Below are positions 1-14,383 of a DNA stretch of 64,000 nucleotides, in pieces. Origin of the DNA: Kofleriaceae bacterium (GTDB lineage: Bacteria > Myxococcota_A > Polyangia > Haliangiales > Haliangiaceae); the NCBI GenBank assembly GCA_036271975.1, contig DATAZP010000045.1:18018-82017 (forward strand), given 5' to 3'. Every line of letters begins with the position of its first letter. Position 1 is the first letter of the stretch. Position numbers and translations under genes: made by a program. Under the pieces are notes generated by a model, which searched no databases, was not told the DNA's origin, and worked only from the letters and a program-made list of their open reading frames with translations.

Positions 1-824
1 ATGGTCGCGTAGCCCGACGCGAGGCCCTTCGCGCACGTGATGATGTCGGGGGCGACGTCCCAGTGCTGGAAGCCGAACGGCGTGCCGGTGCGCCCGAACC
101 CGGTGAGCACCTCGTCGGCGATCAGCAGCGCGCCCTCGGCATCGCACGCCGCGCGCACGAGCGGCCAGTACTCGGGCGGCGGCACGAGCACGCCGTTCGC
201 GCCCGGCACCGGCTCGAGGATGATGGCCGCGATCGACCGCGGACCCTCGAGCTCCATCGTCGCGCCGATGTGGGTCGCGCACTCGCGCTTGCAGGTCTCG
301 ACGCGCTGCCCGAACGGACAGCGATCGCAGTAGCAGTCCTGGACGTGGATGACGCCCGGCAGCCCGGGCTCGACGGCGGGCCGCCGCCAGTCGCCGGTCA
401 GCGTGAGCGCGCCCATCGACGCGCCGTGGTAGCTGCGATAGCGCGACATCATCTTGAAGCGGCCGGTCGCGAGGCGCGCCATCTTCATCGCGTTCTCGTT
501 GGCCTCGGCGCCGCCCAGCGTGAAGAACACCTTGCCGCGCTCGAAGCCGCGGCCCGCCATCGCGAGCAGCCGGCGCGCGAGCTCGACCTTCGCCGGGTAG
601 ACGGCGTTCGGCGTCGACAGGCACAGCTGGTCGGCCTGGCGCTTGATGGCCTCGACGATGCGCGTGCGGCCGTGGCCGGCGTTGACCTGGTACGCGAGCG
701 CGCCGAGGTCGAGCCAGCGACCGCCGTCGCCGGTCGTGAACCACGCGCCGTCGCCGCCCGTGATGTCGACCGGCTTGGCGGCCTGCTGCGCGGTCCACGT
801 GAAGAAGAACGGATGGTCGGTCAC
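1..824 (-). CDS. Class-III (omega) aminotransferase; N-terminal ~274 aa only, the 3' end runs off the window
   Basis: Hand translation of the minus strand from GTG at 824 gives VTDHPFFFTWTAQQAAKPVDITGGDGAWFTTGDGGRWLDLGALAYQVNAGHG...FFTLGGAEANENA...ILEPVPGANGVLVPP...LLIADEVLTGFGRTG, all typical Aminotran_3 blocks. It is missing from the supplied ORF track because it is open at the window edge. The GTG overlaps the upstream stop (GTGA, 821-824). Confidence 0.8.
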   Translation of the reverse strand, partial: MTDHPFFFTWTAQQAAKPVDITGGDGAWFTTGDGGRWLDLGALAYQVNAGHGRTRIVEAIKRQADQLCLSTPNAVYPAKVELARRLLAMAGRGFERGKVFFTLGGAEANENAMKMARLATGRFKMMSRYRSYHGASMGALTLTGDWRRPAVEPGLPGVIHVQDCYCDRCPFGQRVETCKRECATHIGATMELEGPRSIAAIILEPVPGANGVLVPPPEYWPLVRAACDAEGALLIADEVLTGFGRTGTPFGFQHWDVAPDIITCAKGLASGYAT

Positions 825-1938
825 AGCTTCCAGGTCTCCGGCGCGACGTTGTGGACGAGGCCCTGCTGCGCCCACAGCTCGCCGGTGTCGAGGTTCATCG
901 CGATCGCGCCGCAGGTCGCCGCGCCGTGAGGCGACTCCGGCGTCGCCATGTTCGTGCACACGCTGCGCGGGAAGCCGTCCTCGCTGCCGAGGCGCTGCCA
1001 CGCGTCGGTGAGGTCGTGCACGCCGGCGCGCGCGAGGTCGCGCTCGAGCCAGCCCATGCGGTCGTAGGTGGTCGACGTCGGCGGCACCTTGCTGCGCGCC
1101 GCGATGTCGTCGTCGAGGGAGTGGTTCGTGTGGCAGTAGCTCGCGCCGCCGCCGAACACCTGCTTGCGGCGCGTGCCCGACGCCTCGATCGCGTACGCGG
1201 CGCGGCGGTCGGCGACGACGTAGTGGTGGCCCGAGCCGATCGGCGACGTCGCGATCACGTCGCGCGCCGCGTCGGCGGTCGTCGCGCGCAGCGCGCGCCG
1301 CACCATCGCGGACCACACGATGCCGAGCGTCGCGTCGGTCGAGAACAGGTTGTTGATCGCGATCGCGACGCGCGCGCCGTTCATGCCGGCCATCCCGAGG
1401 CAGCCGGTGACGGTGAGCAGGCGCGCCGCCGGCGCGTCGCCGGACGCCGGCACGGCGAGCGTCATCACGTACGGGATCGCCGTCGCGTGCATGTCCCAGG
1501 TCTGCGCGAGGATGCGTCCGGTCGGCGACTCGGCCCACAGCACGCTGCAGCCGTCGCCGCCCAGGCCGTCGGCGCCTGCCGACGCGCCGGTCAGCTCGGG
1601 CGCGTCGCGCGTCGGCGCCGCGCGCCAGGTCGCGGGATCCGGATCGAGGTCGCGCAGGTCGGTGTAGTGGTTCGCGACGACGATGTCCTCCGGCGACACC
1701 CGCGCGCCGTCGGCGATGCCGAGCAGCTCGTCGGACAGCGCCGCGTCGTACGCCGCGAGCACCGGCAGGTGCGCGCGCGCCGCGGCGATCACCTGGTCGC
1801 GCGACTTGAAGCCGCCGACCTTGCAGCACAGGTAGACCCGGATCGCCGCGAGCGTCGCGATCTCGCCGCGAAAGCTCTCGCCGTGGATCTGCCCCCACTG
1901 GCGCGGCGTCTTGCCGGCCGGCAGAACCAGCTCTCGCA

Positions 1939-1939
<1 letters not shown>
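821..1939 (-). CDS. Peptidase C45 / acyl-CoA:6-aminopenicillanic-acid acyltransferase-like Ntn hydrolase (372 aa)
   Basis: This is the C-terminal 372 aa of the 821..6643 track ORF, starting MRELVLPAGKTPRQWGQIHGE. It has an internal DGCSVLWAESPTGRILAQTWDM block (autoprocessing Cys followed by a WD motif), typical of C45/AAT proteins. The ATG at 1939 overlaps the stop of the upstream gene (ATGA). Confidence 0.7.
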
Positions 1940-6636
<4,697 letters not shown>

Positions 6637-6708
6637 GCGCCAACTAGAGCACAAATCCCCGACGAACTCGATACTGCTAACCGGTCAGGATCATTGCACG
6701 AATCGCGC

Positions 6709-8157
6709 TTATCGAAGTCCCGGCAGCACGCCCGCGATGAAGTTCAGGCACAGCACGTGCTCCACCTGATCGCAGGCCTGCTGCTGGAAGAACGTCGACG
6801 CGCGCGTCGTCGCGGCCGGCCGCGTGACGCCGAACTGCGAGCTCGAGCTGCTCGTCCAGCCCGAGCAGTCGGTCACCACCGACGCGTAGTCGCCGGCGCC
6901 GATCCACACCGTCGCGTCGACCGGCGTGCCGTCCGCCGCGACGTCCGGCGGCACCGGGTAGTCGAAGCCGGAGCCGAGCAGCGCGGTCATCGACGGCGCG
7001 AGCTGCACGCCGTCGGGGCGCTGCGGCGCGCTCTCGAAGACGTCGAGCTGGAAGCGCGCCGCCACGGCCTGACCGGCGCCCGGCGTGATCAGCGCGAGGG
7101 TGCTCGGGTTCGGCAGGCTCGCCGCGACCGCCTCGCTGTGGCACAGGTCGTCGGCGGCGCCGATGCCCTGCCCGCCGCTGATCGTGCCCGTGGTGACGAA
7201 CAGGACGGTCTGCGCGAGCGGCGCGCGCGCCGGCGGGTTGCCGCGGTTGCGGCCGCCGACGCAGTACAGCCGCGCCGGTGCGCTGCACGCGACGGCGGGC
7301 GCGTCCGACGTGAACTGGCCGACGCCGCCGGACGCGAAGCCGGCGGTCAGCGGCGTGGCGTCGCTGGTCGACGAGAACAGCTGGCACGCGTTGCCGGTGG
7401 TCGCGGTGCCGTCGGCGTTCGTGTTGGTGACCACGACCGCGTCGTCGCCGACGTCGCGGCCGAACTCGTCGAGGCGGATCGGCGACACGATGTTGCCGGC
7501 GGTCACGTCGGGCGACGCCGCGAACACGAGCGCGCCGTCGGGGCGCACGAAGTCCGACGGCGTGAACTCGCCCCTGCCCTGCGCGATGATGCGGGCATCG
7601 GCGGTCGTGTCGCTCGCGGACAGGTACGCGACGTACGCGTCCGAGCCGGTCGGCAGGCCCGCGCTGCCGGCGAGCGTGTCGCACAGCGCGTCGGCGGCGC
7701 CGCGGCTGTTGAAGCCGCCCGGCGGCTGCTGCGTCGACGTCACGAACACGAGGTTCGCCTGCGGATCGAAGTCGCGCGCGAACACGGTGACGTCGCCGCC
7801 CGGCGCGATCAGCGTGCAGTCGCGCGCCCCCGAGCCGGTGCAGCCGCCGCCGAAGAAGCCGGTGAACACGCCCCCGCCGCCGGTCGCCGACAGCTCGATC
7901 GTCGCGCCGGGCGCGAACGTCGCGTCGCACGTGCCCGGGCAGTCGATCCCGGCGGGCTCGGACTGCACGCGGCTCGGCGCGGCGGTGCCGCCGGTGACCA
8001 CGTGGACCGTGACCGGCGGCGCCGCGTCCACGGCCGCGGCGTCGATCGGCGGCGGCGCGTCGGTGCCCTCGCGCGGCGCCGACAGCCCGAGCAGGTTGCT
8101 GCAGCCGGCGATCCCCATCGCGGCGACCACGACCGGCCTGAACATCCGGCGCGCCAT
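6709..8157 (-). CDS. Secreted lipoprotein with two DUF1554-like repeats (482 aa)
   Basis: Lipoprotein signal MARRMFRPVVVAAMGIAGC. An internal duplication is visible: NLVFVTSTQQPPGGFNSRGAADALCDTLAGSAGLP...YVAYLSAS versus TVLFVTTGTISGGQGIGAADDLCHSEAVAASLP...ALITPG. Composition is not Arg-rich, unlike the overlapping track ORFs. Confidence 0.65.
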   Translation of the reverse strand: MARRMFRPVVVAAMGIAGCSNLLGLSAPREGTDAPPPIDAAAVDAAPPVTVHVVTGGTAAPSRVQSEPAGIDCPGTCDATFAPGATIELSATGGGGVFTGFFGGGCTGSGARDCTLIAPGGDVTVFARDFDPQANLVFVTSTQQPPGGFNSRGAADALCDTLAGSAGLPTGSDAYVAYLSASDTTADARIIAQGRGEFTPSDFVRPDGALVFAASPDVTAGNIVSPIRLDEFGRDVGDDAVVVTNTNADGTATTGNACQLFSSTSDATPLTAGFASGGVGQFTSDAPAVACSAPARLYCVGGRNRGNPPARAPLAQTVLFVTTGTISGGQGIGAADDLCHSEAVAASLPNPSTLALITPGAGQAVAARFQLDVFESAPQRPDGVQLAPSMTALLGSGFDYPVPPDVAADGTPVDATVWIGAGDYASVVTDCSGWTSSSSSQFGVTRPAATTRASTFFQQQACDQVEHVLCLNFIAGVLPGLR

Positions 8158-8202
8158 CTACCAGCGATGGTACCTTCGCGTGGTATCTAGCGCACCTAGC
8201 CG

Positions 8203-10089
8203 ATGCCGTCCCTGGTGTTCTTAGCCGGCCCGATCGCCGGGCGGCGCTACAAGCTGCAAGAGGGCGAGTACGTGATCGGCAGGCGCTCGGACTGCCAGAT
8301 CTTCGTCCCCGACATGCGGGTGTCGAGGCAACATGCCCGACTGTGGCGGCAGGGCGAGGACTGGGCGCTCGAGGATCTCGGCTCGAACAACGGCACGTTC
8401 GTCAACGGCGTCAAGCTGCAGCAGGCGGCGACGATCAAGCACGACGACGAGATCACGATCGCGAACAACCGGATCCGCGTCGAGAGCGACGGCGCGAGCC
8501 CGCAGCAGCAACCGCCGGCGGTGCCGCCGCCGGTCACGATCGTCGACATCGCCGGCAGCTCGCTGATCCGGCCGCGCCAGGACAGCGACGGCATCCGGCC
8601 GATCGTCAGCTCCGGGCTCGCGAACCTGACCGACCAGCGCGCCGTGCGCCTGCTCGAGCGCAAGCTCGACGCGCTCACGCAGATCCTGCACGCGAGCGCG
8701 GAGTCGGACACGCCCGAGGCGCTGCTCGAGAAGCTCGTCGACGCGCTGCTCGAGCTATTCCCGCAGGCCGAGGACGTCGGCGTGCTCGTCGAGGACGAGC
8801 GCACCGGCGAGCTCCGCGTGCAGTGCCAGCGCCACCGCACGCGCGCGTCGGAGAGCAGCAACGAGATCGCGCTGCCGTCGGACGGCACGAGCGGCACGAC
8901 GCCGGCGAAGCGGCCGTTCGGCGGCGACCTGCGCGTGCCCGGGACCATCATCCAGCACGTCGTCAGCGACCGCCGCGGCGTGCTGCTCGGCGAGACCAAC
9001 GACGAGAACGACGAGGGCATCGGCCTGCGGATGGGCGCGCCGCTCATCTATCACGGCGCCCACTACGGCGTGGTCTACGTCGAGAGCAAGCGCCAGGGCT
9101 TCCGCCAGGAGGACGTCGATCTCCTGCAGGCGATCGCGACCCAGGCCGGCATGGCGATCCACGCGACGCGCGTCGCGGCGCAGCTCGCGCGACGCGAGAA
9201 GCTCGACCGCGATCTCCGGGTCGCGCGGCAGATCCAGCGCTCGCTGCTGCCGGCGAACGTGCCCGAGGTCGTCGGGCTCGACTTCGCCGTGCACTACGAG
9301 CCGGCCTATCAGATCGGCGGCGACTTCTACGACTTCATCTGGCATGACCCGTCGCACCTCGGGCTCGCGGTCGGCGACGTCGCCGGCAAGGCGATCAGCG
9401 CGGCGCTCTACATGGCGCGGCTGACCAGCGAGCTGCGATCGCGAGCGGCGATCGCGCGCACGCCGGCGCGGCTGCTGCGGCGCGTGAACCAGGAGATCGT
9501 CGCGCTCGGCGACGACGGGATGTTCGCGACGCTCGTGTACTGCATCTACGACCTCGAGAACCGGTCGCTGGTGTTCACGAACGCGGGCCACTGCGTGCCG
9601 CTGCTGCGGCGCGGCGACCGCGTGTTCCCGCTGCAGGCCGAGCGCGCGCACACGCCGCCGCTCGGCGTCACGACCGATCTCGAGGCCGGCGAGGCGCGCG
9701 TGCAGCTGCACTCGGGCGACATGCTGATCATGGTCAGCGACGGCATCCTCGAGGCGCGCGACGGGCGCGGCAACGAGTACGGGCTGTCGCGGCTGAGCCG
9801 GCGCATCCGGACCGCGCGCGGATCGGCCGAGGACATCGTGAAGGCGATCCTCGCCGACATCGACAACCACGCCAGCGAGCAGGCGCAGGGCGACGACATG
9901 ACGATCGTCGCGATGGCGATCGACCAGCGGCGGGCCAAGCGCAAGACGACGACGCTCCCGGGGCTGACCCCGGCGGTCGAGGCGGCGACCCATAACCGCG
10001 CGACGACACAGACCGGAGAGGACCCGGACGAGCCCGATCCCCCGTCCCTGACCCCGGACGTCGACACCGAGGACAAGACGCGGGACTAA
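8203..10089 (+). CDS. FHA-GAF-PP2C (SpoIIE/RsbU-type) serine phosphatase (628 aa)
   Basis: The N-terminal FHA domain shows [23 protein letters not shown]...[10 protein letters not shown]. The C-terminal PPM domain shows [50 protein letters not shown] and GDDMTIVAM. The central GAF-like region includes [10 protein letters not shown]. Confidence 0.85.
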   Translation: MPSLVFLAGPIAGRRYKLQEGEYVIGRRSDCQIFVPDMRVSRQHARLWRQGEDWALEDLGSNNGTFVNGVKLQQAATIKHDDEITIANNRIRVESDGASPQQQPPAVPPPVTIVDIAGSSLIRPRQDSDGIRPIVSSGLANLTDQRAVRLLERKLDALTQILHASAESDTPEALLEKLVDALLELFPQAEDVGVLVEDERTGELRVQCQRHRTRASESSNEIALPSDGTSGTTPAKRPFGGDLRVPGTIIQHVVSDRRGVLLGETNDENDEGIGLRMGAPLIYHGAHYGVVYVESKRQGFRQEDVDLLQAIATQAGMAIHATRVAAQLARREKLDRDLRVARQIQRSLLPANVPEVVGLDFAVHYEPAYQIGGDFYDFIWHDPSHLGLAVGDVAGKAISAALYMARLTSELRSRAAIARTPARLLRRVNQEIVALGDDGMFATLVYCIYDLENRSLVFTNAGHCVPLLRRGDRVFPLQAERAHTPPLGVTTDLEAGEARVQLHSGDMLIMVSDGILEARDGRGNEYGLSRLSRRIRTARGSAEDIVKAILADIDNHASEQAQGDDMTIVAMAIDQRRAKRKTTTLPGLTPAVEAATHNRATTQTGEDPDEPDPPSLTPDVDTEDKTRD

Positions 10090-10134
10090 GCCGCTTGATC
10101 CCGAGACGGGGTCATGCCATAAGTCCGGTCCGCC

Positions 10135-10308
10135 ATGGCCAAGAAGGGCAAATCGGGCCGAGAGCTCATCCGGCTGGTGTCGACTGCCAACACCGGCTTC
10201 TTCTACACCACGTCGAAGAACCGGAAGCGGACCCCGGACAAGCTGGTCCTCAAGAAGTACGACCCCGTCGTGCGCAAGCACGTCGAGTTCAAAGAGTCGA
10301 AGATCTAA
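10135..10308 (+). CDS. rpmG: 50S ribosomal protein L33 (57 aa)
   Basis: Hand translation: [57 protein letters not shown]. It is below the length cut-off of the ORF track. The overlapping track ORF 10095..10373 is a different frame and is rejected. Confidence 0.9.
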   Translation: MAKKGKSGRELIRLVSTANTGFFYTTSKNRKRTPDKLVLKKYDPVVRKHVEFKESKI

Positions 10309-10318
10309 GGAAGCTGCC

Positions 10319-10555
10319 ATGTCGCGCGTCTGTCAGGTCACCGGGAAGAAGCCGCTCGTCGGCGCCAACGTGAGCCACTCGAACCGCCACACCAAGCGGC
10401 GCTTCGAGATCAACCTCCGCGACAAGCGGTTCTGGCTCGAGGACGAGAAGCGCTGGATCAAGCTGAAGATCAGCGCGCGCGGGATGCGGCTGATCGACAA
10501 GCTCGGTCTGCCGGCCGTGGTCGCGTCGCTGCGCGCTCGCGGCGAGAAGATCTGA
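10319..10555 (+). CDS. rpmB: 50S ribosomal protein L28 (78 aa)
   Basis: [63 protein letters not shown] matches the L28 family pattern. Confidence 0.9.
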   Translation: MSRVCQVTGKKPLVGANVSHSNRHTKRRFEINLRDKRFWLEDEKRWIKLKISARGMRLIDKLGLPAVVASLRARGEKI

Positions 10556-10563
10556 AGGTTGCG

Positions 10564-12003
10564 ATGCGGTCGCTGCCGGCGCTTCGGGCGCGGGCGGCGG
10601 CGGCGTGTGTCGGCGCGCTGGGCGTGCTGACCGCGTGCCCCGGCCCTGCGCGGCCGGTGGCGCCGCCCGTGGCGGCGGAGACGCTGGAGATCGGGCGCGC
10701 CGGCGAGGCGCTGCGCGGCGTGGCGGCGAGCGCGGATGGCGCGGTGACGTTCGCGTTGTTCGCGCGGAGCGGCGCGGCGGGATCCGGCTCGGGCTCGGCG
10801 TCGGGATCGGCGGGCGACGACGTCGCCGCGGCGACCGGTGCGCGCGCGGTCGTCGAGGCGAGGCGCGGCGCGACCGTCGCGTGGCACGCGGAGCTGGCCG
10901 GTGCGGGCGGGCCGATCGCGGCGAGCGGCGGCCTCGTGTGCGCGGCGTCGCGCGTGCGCGGCACCGGCGATGGCGGCGTCGCGATCCACGGCGAGCCCGG
11001 CGCGATCGTGACCGCGCTCGACGCGGCGACCGGCGCGGTGCGCTGGCGCGCGCGCCTCGACGGCAACGAGTGGATCGTGGTGACCGCGCTCGCGGCCGCG
11101 CCCGACGGCGGCTGCATCGTCGGCGGCACGTTCAGCGGCACGGCTCGCTTCGACGGTGACGTCGGCGCAGCGGCGACGGGCAGCGCCGCCCGCGAGCCCA
11201 CGATCGTGTCGGCGGCGAGTCGGTCGGATGGCTTCGTCGCGCGGCTCGCGCCGAGCGGCGACGTCGCGTGGGTGACCCGGTTCGGCGGGCTCGGCGCGGA
11301 CGCCGTCGCCGGCGTCGCCGCGGCCGGCAACCGGGTCGCGCTCGTCGGCACGTTCGCGTCGACCGCGGTGCTCGGCGGCGTCGAGCTGCCGGCGTTCGAT
11401 CCGAAGTCGCCGCTCGCGGACATCGTCGTCGCCGAGCTCGACCTCGCGACCGGCGCGCGCGCGTGGGCGCAGACGTTCGGCGGCGCGGCCGACGACGAAG
11501 CGGCCGGCGTCGCGATCGACGCGTCGGGCCGCGTGTGGGTCGCCGCGACCGCGCGCGAGACCGTCCGCGTCGCCGACCAGGACTTCGTCGCCCGCGGCCC
11601 CGCCGACGGGCTCGTCGTCGAGCTGTCGGGCTCGGGCGCGCCGCAGGGCGCCGCGCTGCTCGGCGGCGCGGACTTCGACGGCCTGCGCGGCGTGGTGGCA
11701 GCCGGCGATCGCGCGGTCGTCGCCGGGTTCTACTCGGGCGCGATCCAGGTCGGCGCGCAGAGGCTCGTCGCGGGCGGCGGCGACGACGCGTTCGTCGCCG
11801 AGCTCGATCCTGCCGGCGGCATCGCGCGCGTGTGGCCGATCACCGGGCCGGGCCGCGAGGACGTGATCGCGCTCGCGCCGCTGCCCGGCGGCTTCGCGGT
11901 CGCGGTCTCGCACACCGCCGCGGCGACGATCGACGGCGTTGCCGTGCCGGCGCCCGCCGATCCGCTGGCCGGCGCCGCGATCGCGGTCCGCGCCGCGCCA
12001 TAG
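10564..12003 (+). CDS. Secreted lipoprotein with SBBP-like beta-propeller repeats (479 aa)
   Basis: Signal/lipobox ...GVLTAC. Repeated blocks: DGFVARLAPSGDVAWVTRFGG, DIVVAELDLATGARAWAQTFGG, DGLVVELSGSGAPQGAALLGG, DAFVAELDPAGGIARVW. Confidence 0.6.
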   Translation: MRSLPALRARAAAACVGALGVLTACPGPARPVAPPVAAETLEIGRAGEALRGVAASADGAVTFALFARSGAAGSGSGSASGSAGDDVAAATGARAVVEARRGATVAWHAELAGAGGPIAASGGLVCAASRVRGTGDGGVAIHGEPGAIVTALDAATGAVRWRARLDGNEWIVVTALAAAPDGGCIVGGTFSGTARFDGDVGAAATGSAAREPTIVSAASRSDGFVARLAPSGDVAWVTRFGGLGADAVAGVAAAGNRVALVGTFASTAVLGGVELPAFDPKSPLADIVVAELDLATGARAWAQTFGGAADDEAAGVAIDASGRVWVAATARETVRVADQDFVARGPADGLVVELSGSGAPQGAALLGGADFDGLRGVVAAGDRAVVAGFYSGAIQVGAQRLVAGGGDDAFVAELDPAGGIARVWPITGPGREDVIALAPLPGGFAVAVSHTAAATIDGVAVPAPADPLAGAAIAVRAAP

Positions 12004-12020
12004 CCGCGCGCGCCGCGAGG

Positions 12021-13058
12021 TCACGCGAACGCGACGCGCACGACCGTCGCCTTGTCGCGGAGGCGGTCCGCGGCGTCCGCCGGGCCGGCGCCGGTGATCA
12101 CCAGCGACTCGAGGCCCGGCAGCGGCGCCGCCGCGAGCGCCGCCACGCCGCGCTCGGTCAGCGAGGCGCCGTGCAGCGCGAGCACGCGCAGCCGCGGCGC
12201 GCCCGGAGCCGTGACCGCGCGGCAGATCGCGTCGGTGTTCCGCGACAGGCTCACCGCCAGCTCGTCGAGCCGCGGCAGCTTGTCGGCGTCGACCAGCGCC
12301 GCGACCGCCGCGCCGTCGAGCGCCTGCCGGTCGTCGTCGTAGCCCGAGCACGTCACGGTCAGCGTGCGCAGCCGCGGCCAGCGCGCGTCGCCGATCGCCG
12401 ACAGCGCGCTCGAATCGGCGCTGTCGATCGCGACCGCCATCGCGTCGAGCAGCTGCGCGATCGCCAGCTCCGCGAACGCCGGCAGGTACGCGAGCCCGTC
12501 CCCGCCCGGCGCGATCGCGCGCACGAACCCGCACCGCCAGTCCGGGCGCAGGCGATCGAACGCGTAGCTCTGCGTGTGCGCGTCGACGATGGTGTCGCCG
12601 AGCGAGCCCCACAGCCGCGCCGCGTGCTGGAACAGCAGCCGCTGCTCGACGCGCGCCAGCTCGTCCCGCCGCGCCGCGAGCGCGCGCCAGGTCGCCGTGG
12701 TCGCCGCCGGCAACCGCGCGATCGCGGTCTGCACCGCGATCACGCGCCCCCACGGGTCGCCGCGCTCGTCGAGCCAGTCCGCGAGCACGCCGTACGTGTC
12801 GAGGTCGTCGGGCGCGGCCGCGAGCTGCGCGATCAGCTCGGCCTGGCTCGCGTAGCTCGCGGCGCGATCGACGCGCGTGAAGCCGTCGGCCACGAGCTGC
12901 GCCGCCACGCGGTCGGCCTCCCACTTCGCGACGACCTCGGTCGTCGCGTCGAACACGTCGTCACCGGCCGCCTCGCCGCCGCGCGCGCGCCGCACGCTCA
13001 CGCGCAGCTCGTGGACCTCGATCTCGACGCGCTCGCCGTCGCGCTCGAACACCCGCAT
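12021..13058 (-). CDS. WGR-like + TIGR02996-like (LADWLDERGDP) + leucine-rich-repeat protein (345 aa)
   Basis: N-terminus MRVFERDGERVEIEVHELRVS...VAAQLVADGFTRV (WGR-like). YGVLADWLDERGDPWG is the hallmark of the TIGR02996 repeat-companion domain. The C-terminus carries LRR-like units (LRTLTV, LDELAVS, LRVLALHGASLT, LESLVITG). A paralog lies at 54246..55427. Confidence 0.65.
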   Translation of the reverse strand: MRVFERDGERVEIEVHELRVSVRRARGGEAAGDDVFDATTEVVAKWEADRVAAQLVADGFTRVDRAASYASQAELIAQLAAAPDDLDTYGVLADWLDERGDPWGRVIAVQTAIARLPAATTATWRALAARRDELARVEQRLLFQHAARLWGSLGDTIVDAHTQSYAFDRLRPDWRCGFVRAIAPGGDGLAYLPAFAELAIAQLLDAMAVAIDSADSSALSAIGDARWPRLRTLTVTCSGYDDDRQALDGAAVAALVDADKLPRLDELAVSLSRNTDAICRAVTAPGAPRLRVLALHGASLTERGVAALAAAPLPGLESLVITGAGPADAADRLRDKATVVRVAFA

Positions 13059-13083
13059 GGCAGCGGGCCAGCCTAGCAGCGAA

Positions 13084-14361
13084 TCACACCTCGACCAGCA
13101 GCCGCTCGGGCGCCTCGAGGCGCTCCTTGACCGCGACCAGGAACGACACCGCCTCGCGCCCGTCGACGACCCGGTGGTCGTAGCTCAGCGCGAGGTACAT
13201 CATCGGCTTCACGACGACCGCGTCGCCCGCCGCGGAGTTGGACACGACCATCGCGCGCTTCACGATGTTGTGCATGCCGAGGATGCCGGTCTGCGGATAG
13301 TTGAGCAGCGGCGTCGACATCATCGACCCGTAGATGCCGCCGTTCGTGATCGTGAACGTGCCGCCCGCGAGGTCCGGCAGCGCGAGCTTGCCGGTGCGCG
13401 CGCGCTCGGCGAGCTCCGCGATGCCCTTCTCGATGTCGGCGAAGCTGCGCGCGTCGCAGTCGCGCAGCACCGGCACCACGAGGCCCTTCGGCGTCGACAC
13501 CGCGATGCCGAAGTCGTAGTGCTTCTTGTAGACGATGTGGTCGCCGACGAGCTCGGCGTTGATCCCCGGGAACTTCTTGCACGCCGCCACGCACGCGGCG
13601 ACGAAGAACGACATGAAGCCCAGCTTCGCGCCGTGCGTCTTCTCGAACGCGTCCTTGTAGCGGGTGCGCATGTCCATCACCGCGGACATGTCGACCTCGT
13701 TGAACGTGGTCAGCGACGCGGCCTCGTGCTGCGCCTGGACCAGGCGCTCGGCGACGCGGCGGCGCAGCGGCGACATCGCGACGGCCTCGTCGCGCGGGTC
13801 GATCGCGGCGAGGCGATCGGCGTCGGACGGCCCGGCGTGGGCCGGTGCCGGCGTGGCAGCCGGCTGGCGCGCGGGCAGCGACCCGGCCTCGCGCGCGGCG
13901 GCGCGCTGCGACGGCGACAGCTTGAGCAAGCGATCGCGGTCGAGGCCGTTGCCGTTGTTGCCGCGCAGCGCCGGCACCACCATGGTCGGCGCGTTCGGCG
14001 CCGACGGCGGGATCTCGATCGGCATCGTCGGCGCGCTGGTCGCCGCGGACGCGACCGGCGGCGGCGCGTCTTTCTTCGGCGCCGCCGCCGGCGCGGCGGC
14101 GGGTGCCGGCGCAGCCGCCTTCGCCGCGCCCGGCGTGACCGCGCCGATGACCTCGCCGACCTTGACCGTCTTGCCCTGCCCCGCGCGCTGCTCGCCCATC
14201 ACGCCCGCGACCGGGCTCGGCAGCTCGACCGTGACCTTGTCGGTCTCCAGCTCGGCGACGGCCTCGCCGTCGTTGACTTGCTCGCCCACCTGCTTGAGCC
14301 ACCGCGACACCACGGCCTCGGTGATCGACTCGCCCAGCGGGGGCACGACGAGATCCGCCAT
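13084..14361 (-). CDS. sucB: Dihydrolipoyllysine-residue succinyltransferase (E2 of 2-oxoglutarate dehydrogenase)-like (425 aa)
   Basis: Single lipoyl domain ([24 protein letters not shown]...[15 protein letters not shown]), an Ala/Pro linker, and a catalytic domain ending [30 protein letters not shown]. Confidence 0.8.
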   Translation of the reverse strand: MADLVVPPLGESITEAVVSRWLKQVGEQVNDGEAVAELETDKVTVELPSPVAGVMGEQRAGQGKTVKVGEVIGAVTPGAAKAAAPAPAAAPAAAPKKDAPPPVASAATSAPTMPIEIPPSAPNAPTMVVPALRGNNGNGLDRDRLLKLSPSQRAAAREAGSLPARQPAATPAPAHAGPSDADRLAAIDPRDEAVAMSPLRRRVAERLVQAQHEAASLTTFNEVDMSAVMDMRTRYKDAFEKTHGAKLGFMSFFVAACVAACKKFPGINAELVGDHIVYKKHYDFGIAVSTPKGLVVPVLRDCDARSFADIEKGIAELAERARTGKLALPDLAGGTFTITNGGIYGSMMSTPLLNYPQTGILGMHNIVKRAMVVSNSAAGDAVVVKPMMYLALSYDHRVVDGREAVSFLVAVKERLEAPERLLVEV

Positions 14362-14383
14362 GCGCCACCTTATCCCGCGCGGG

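Noticed and set aside
10095-10373. 92-aa plus-strand ORF overlapping the L33/L28 region.
   Set aside because: It is in a different frame from the clear rpmG (10135..10308) and rpmB (10319..10555) translations and has no recognisable motifs.
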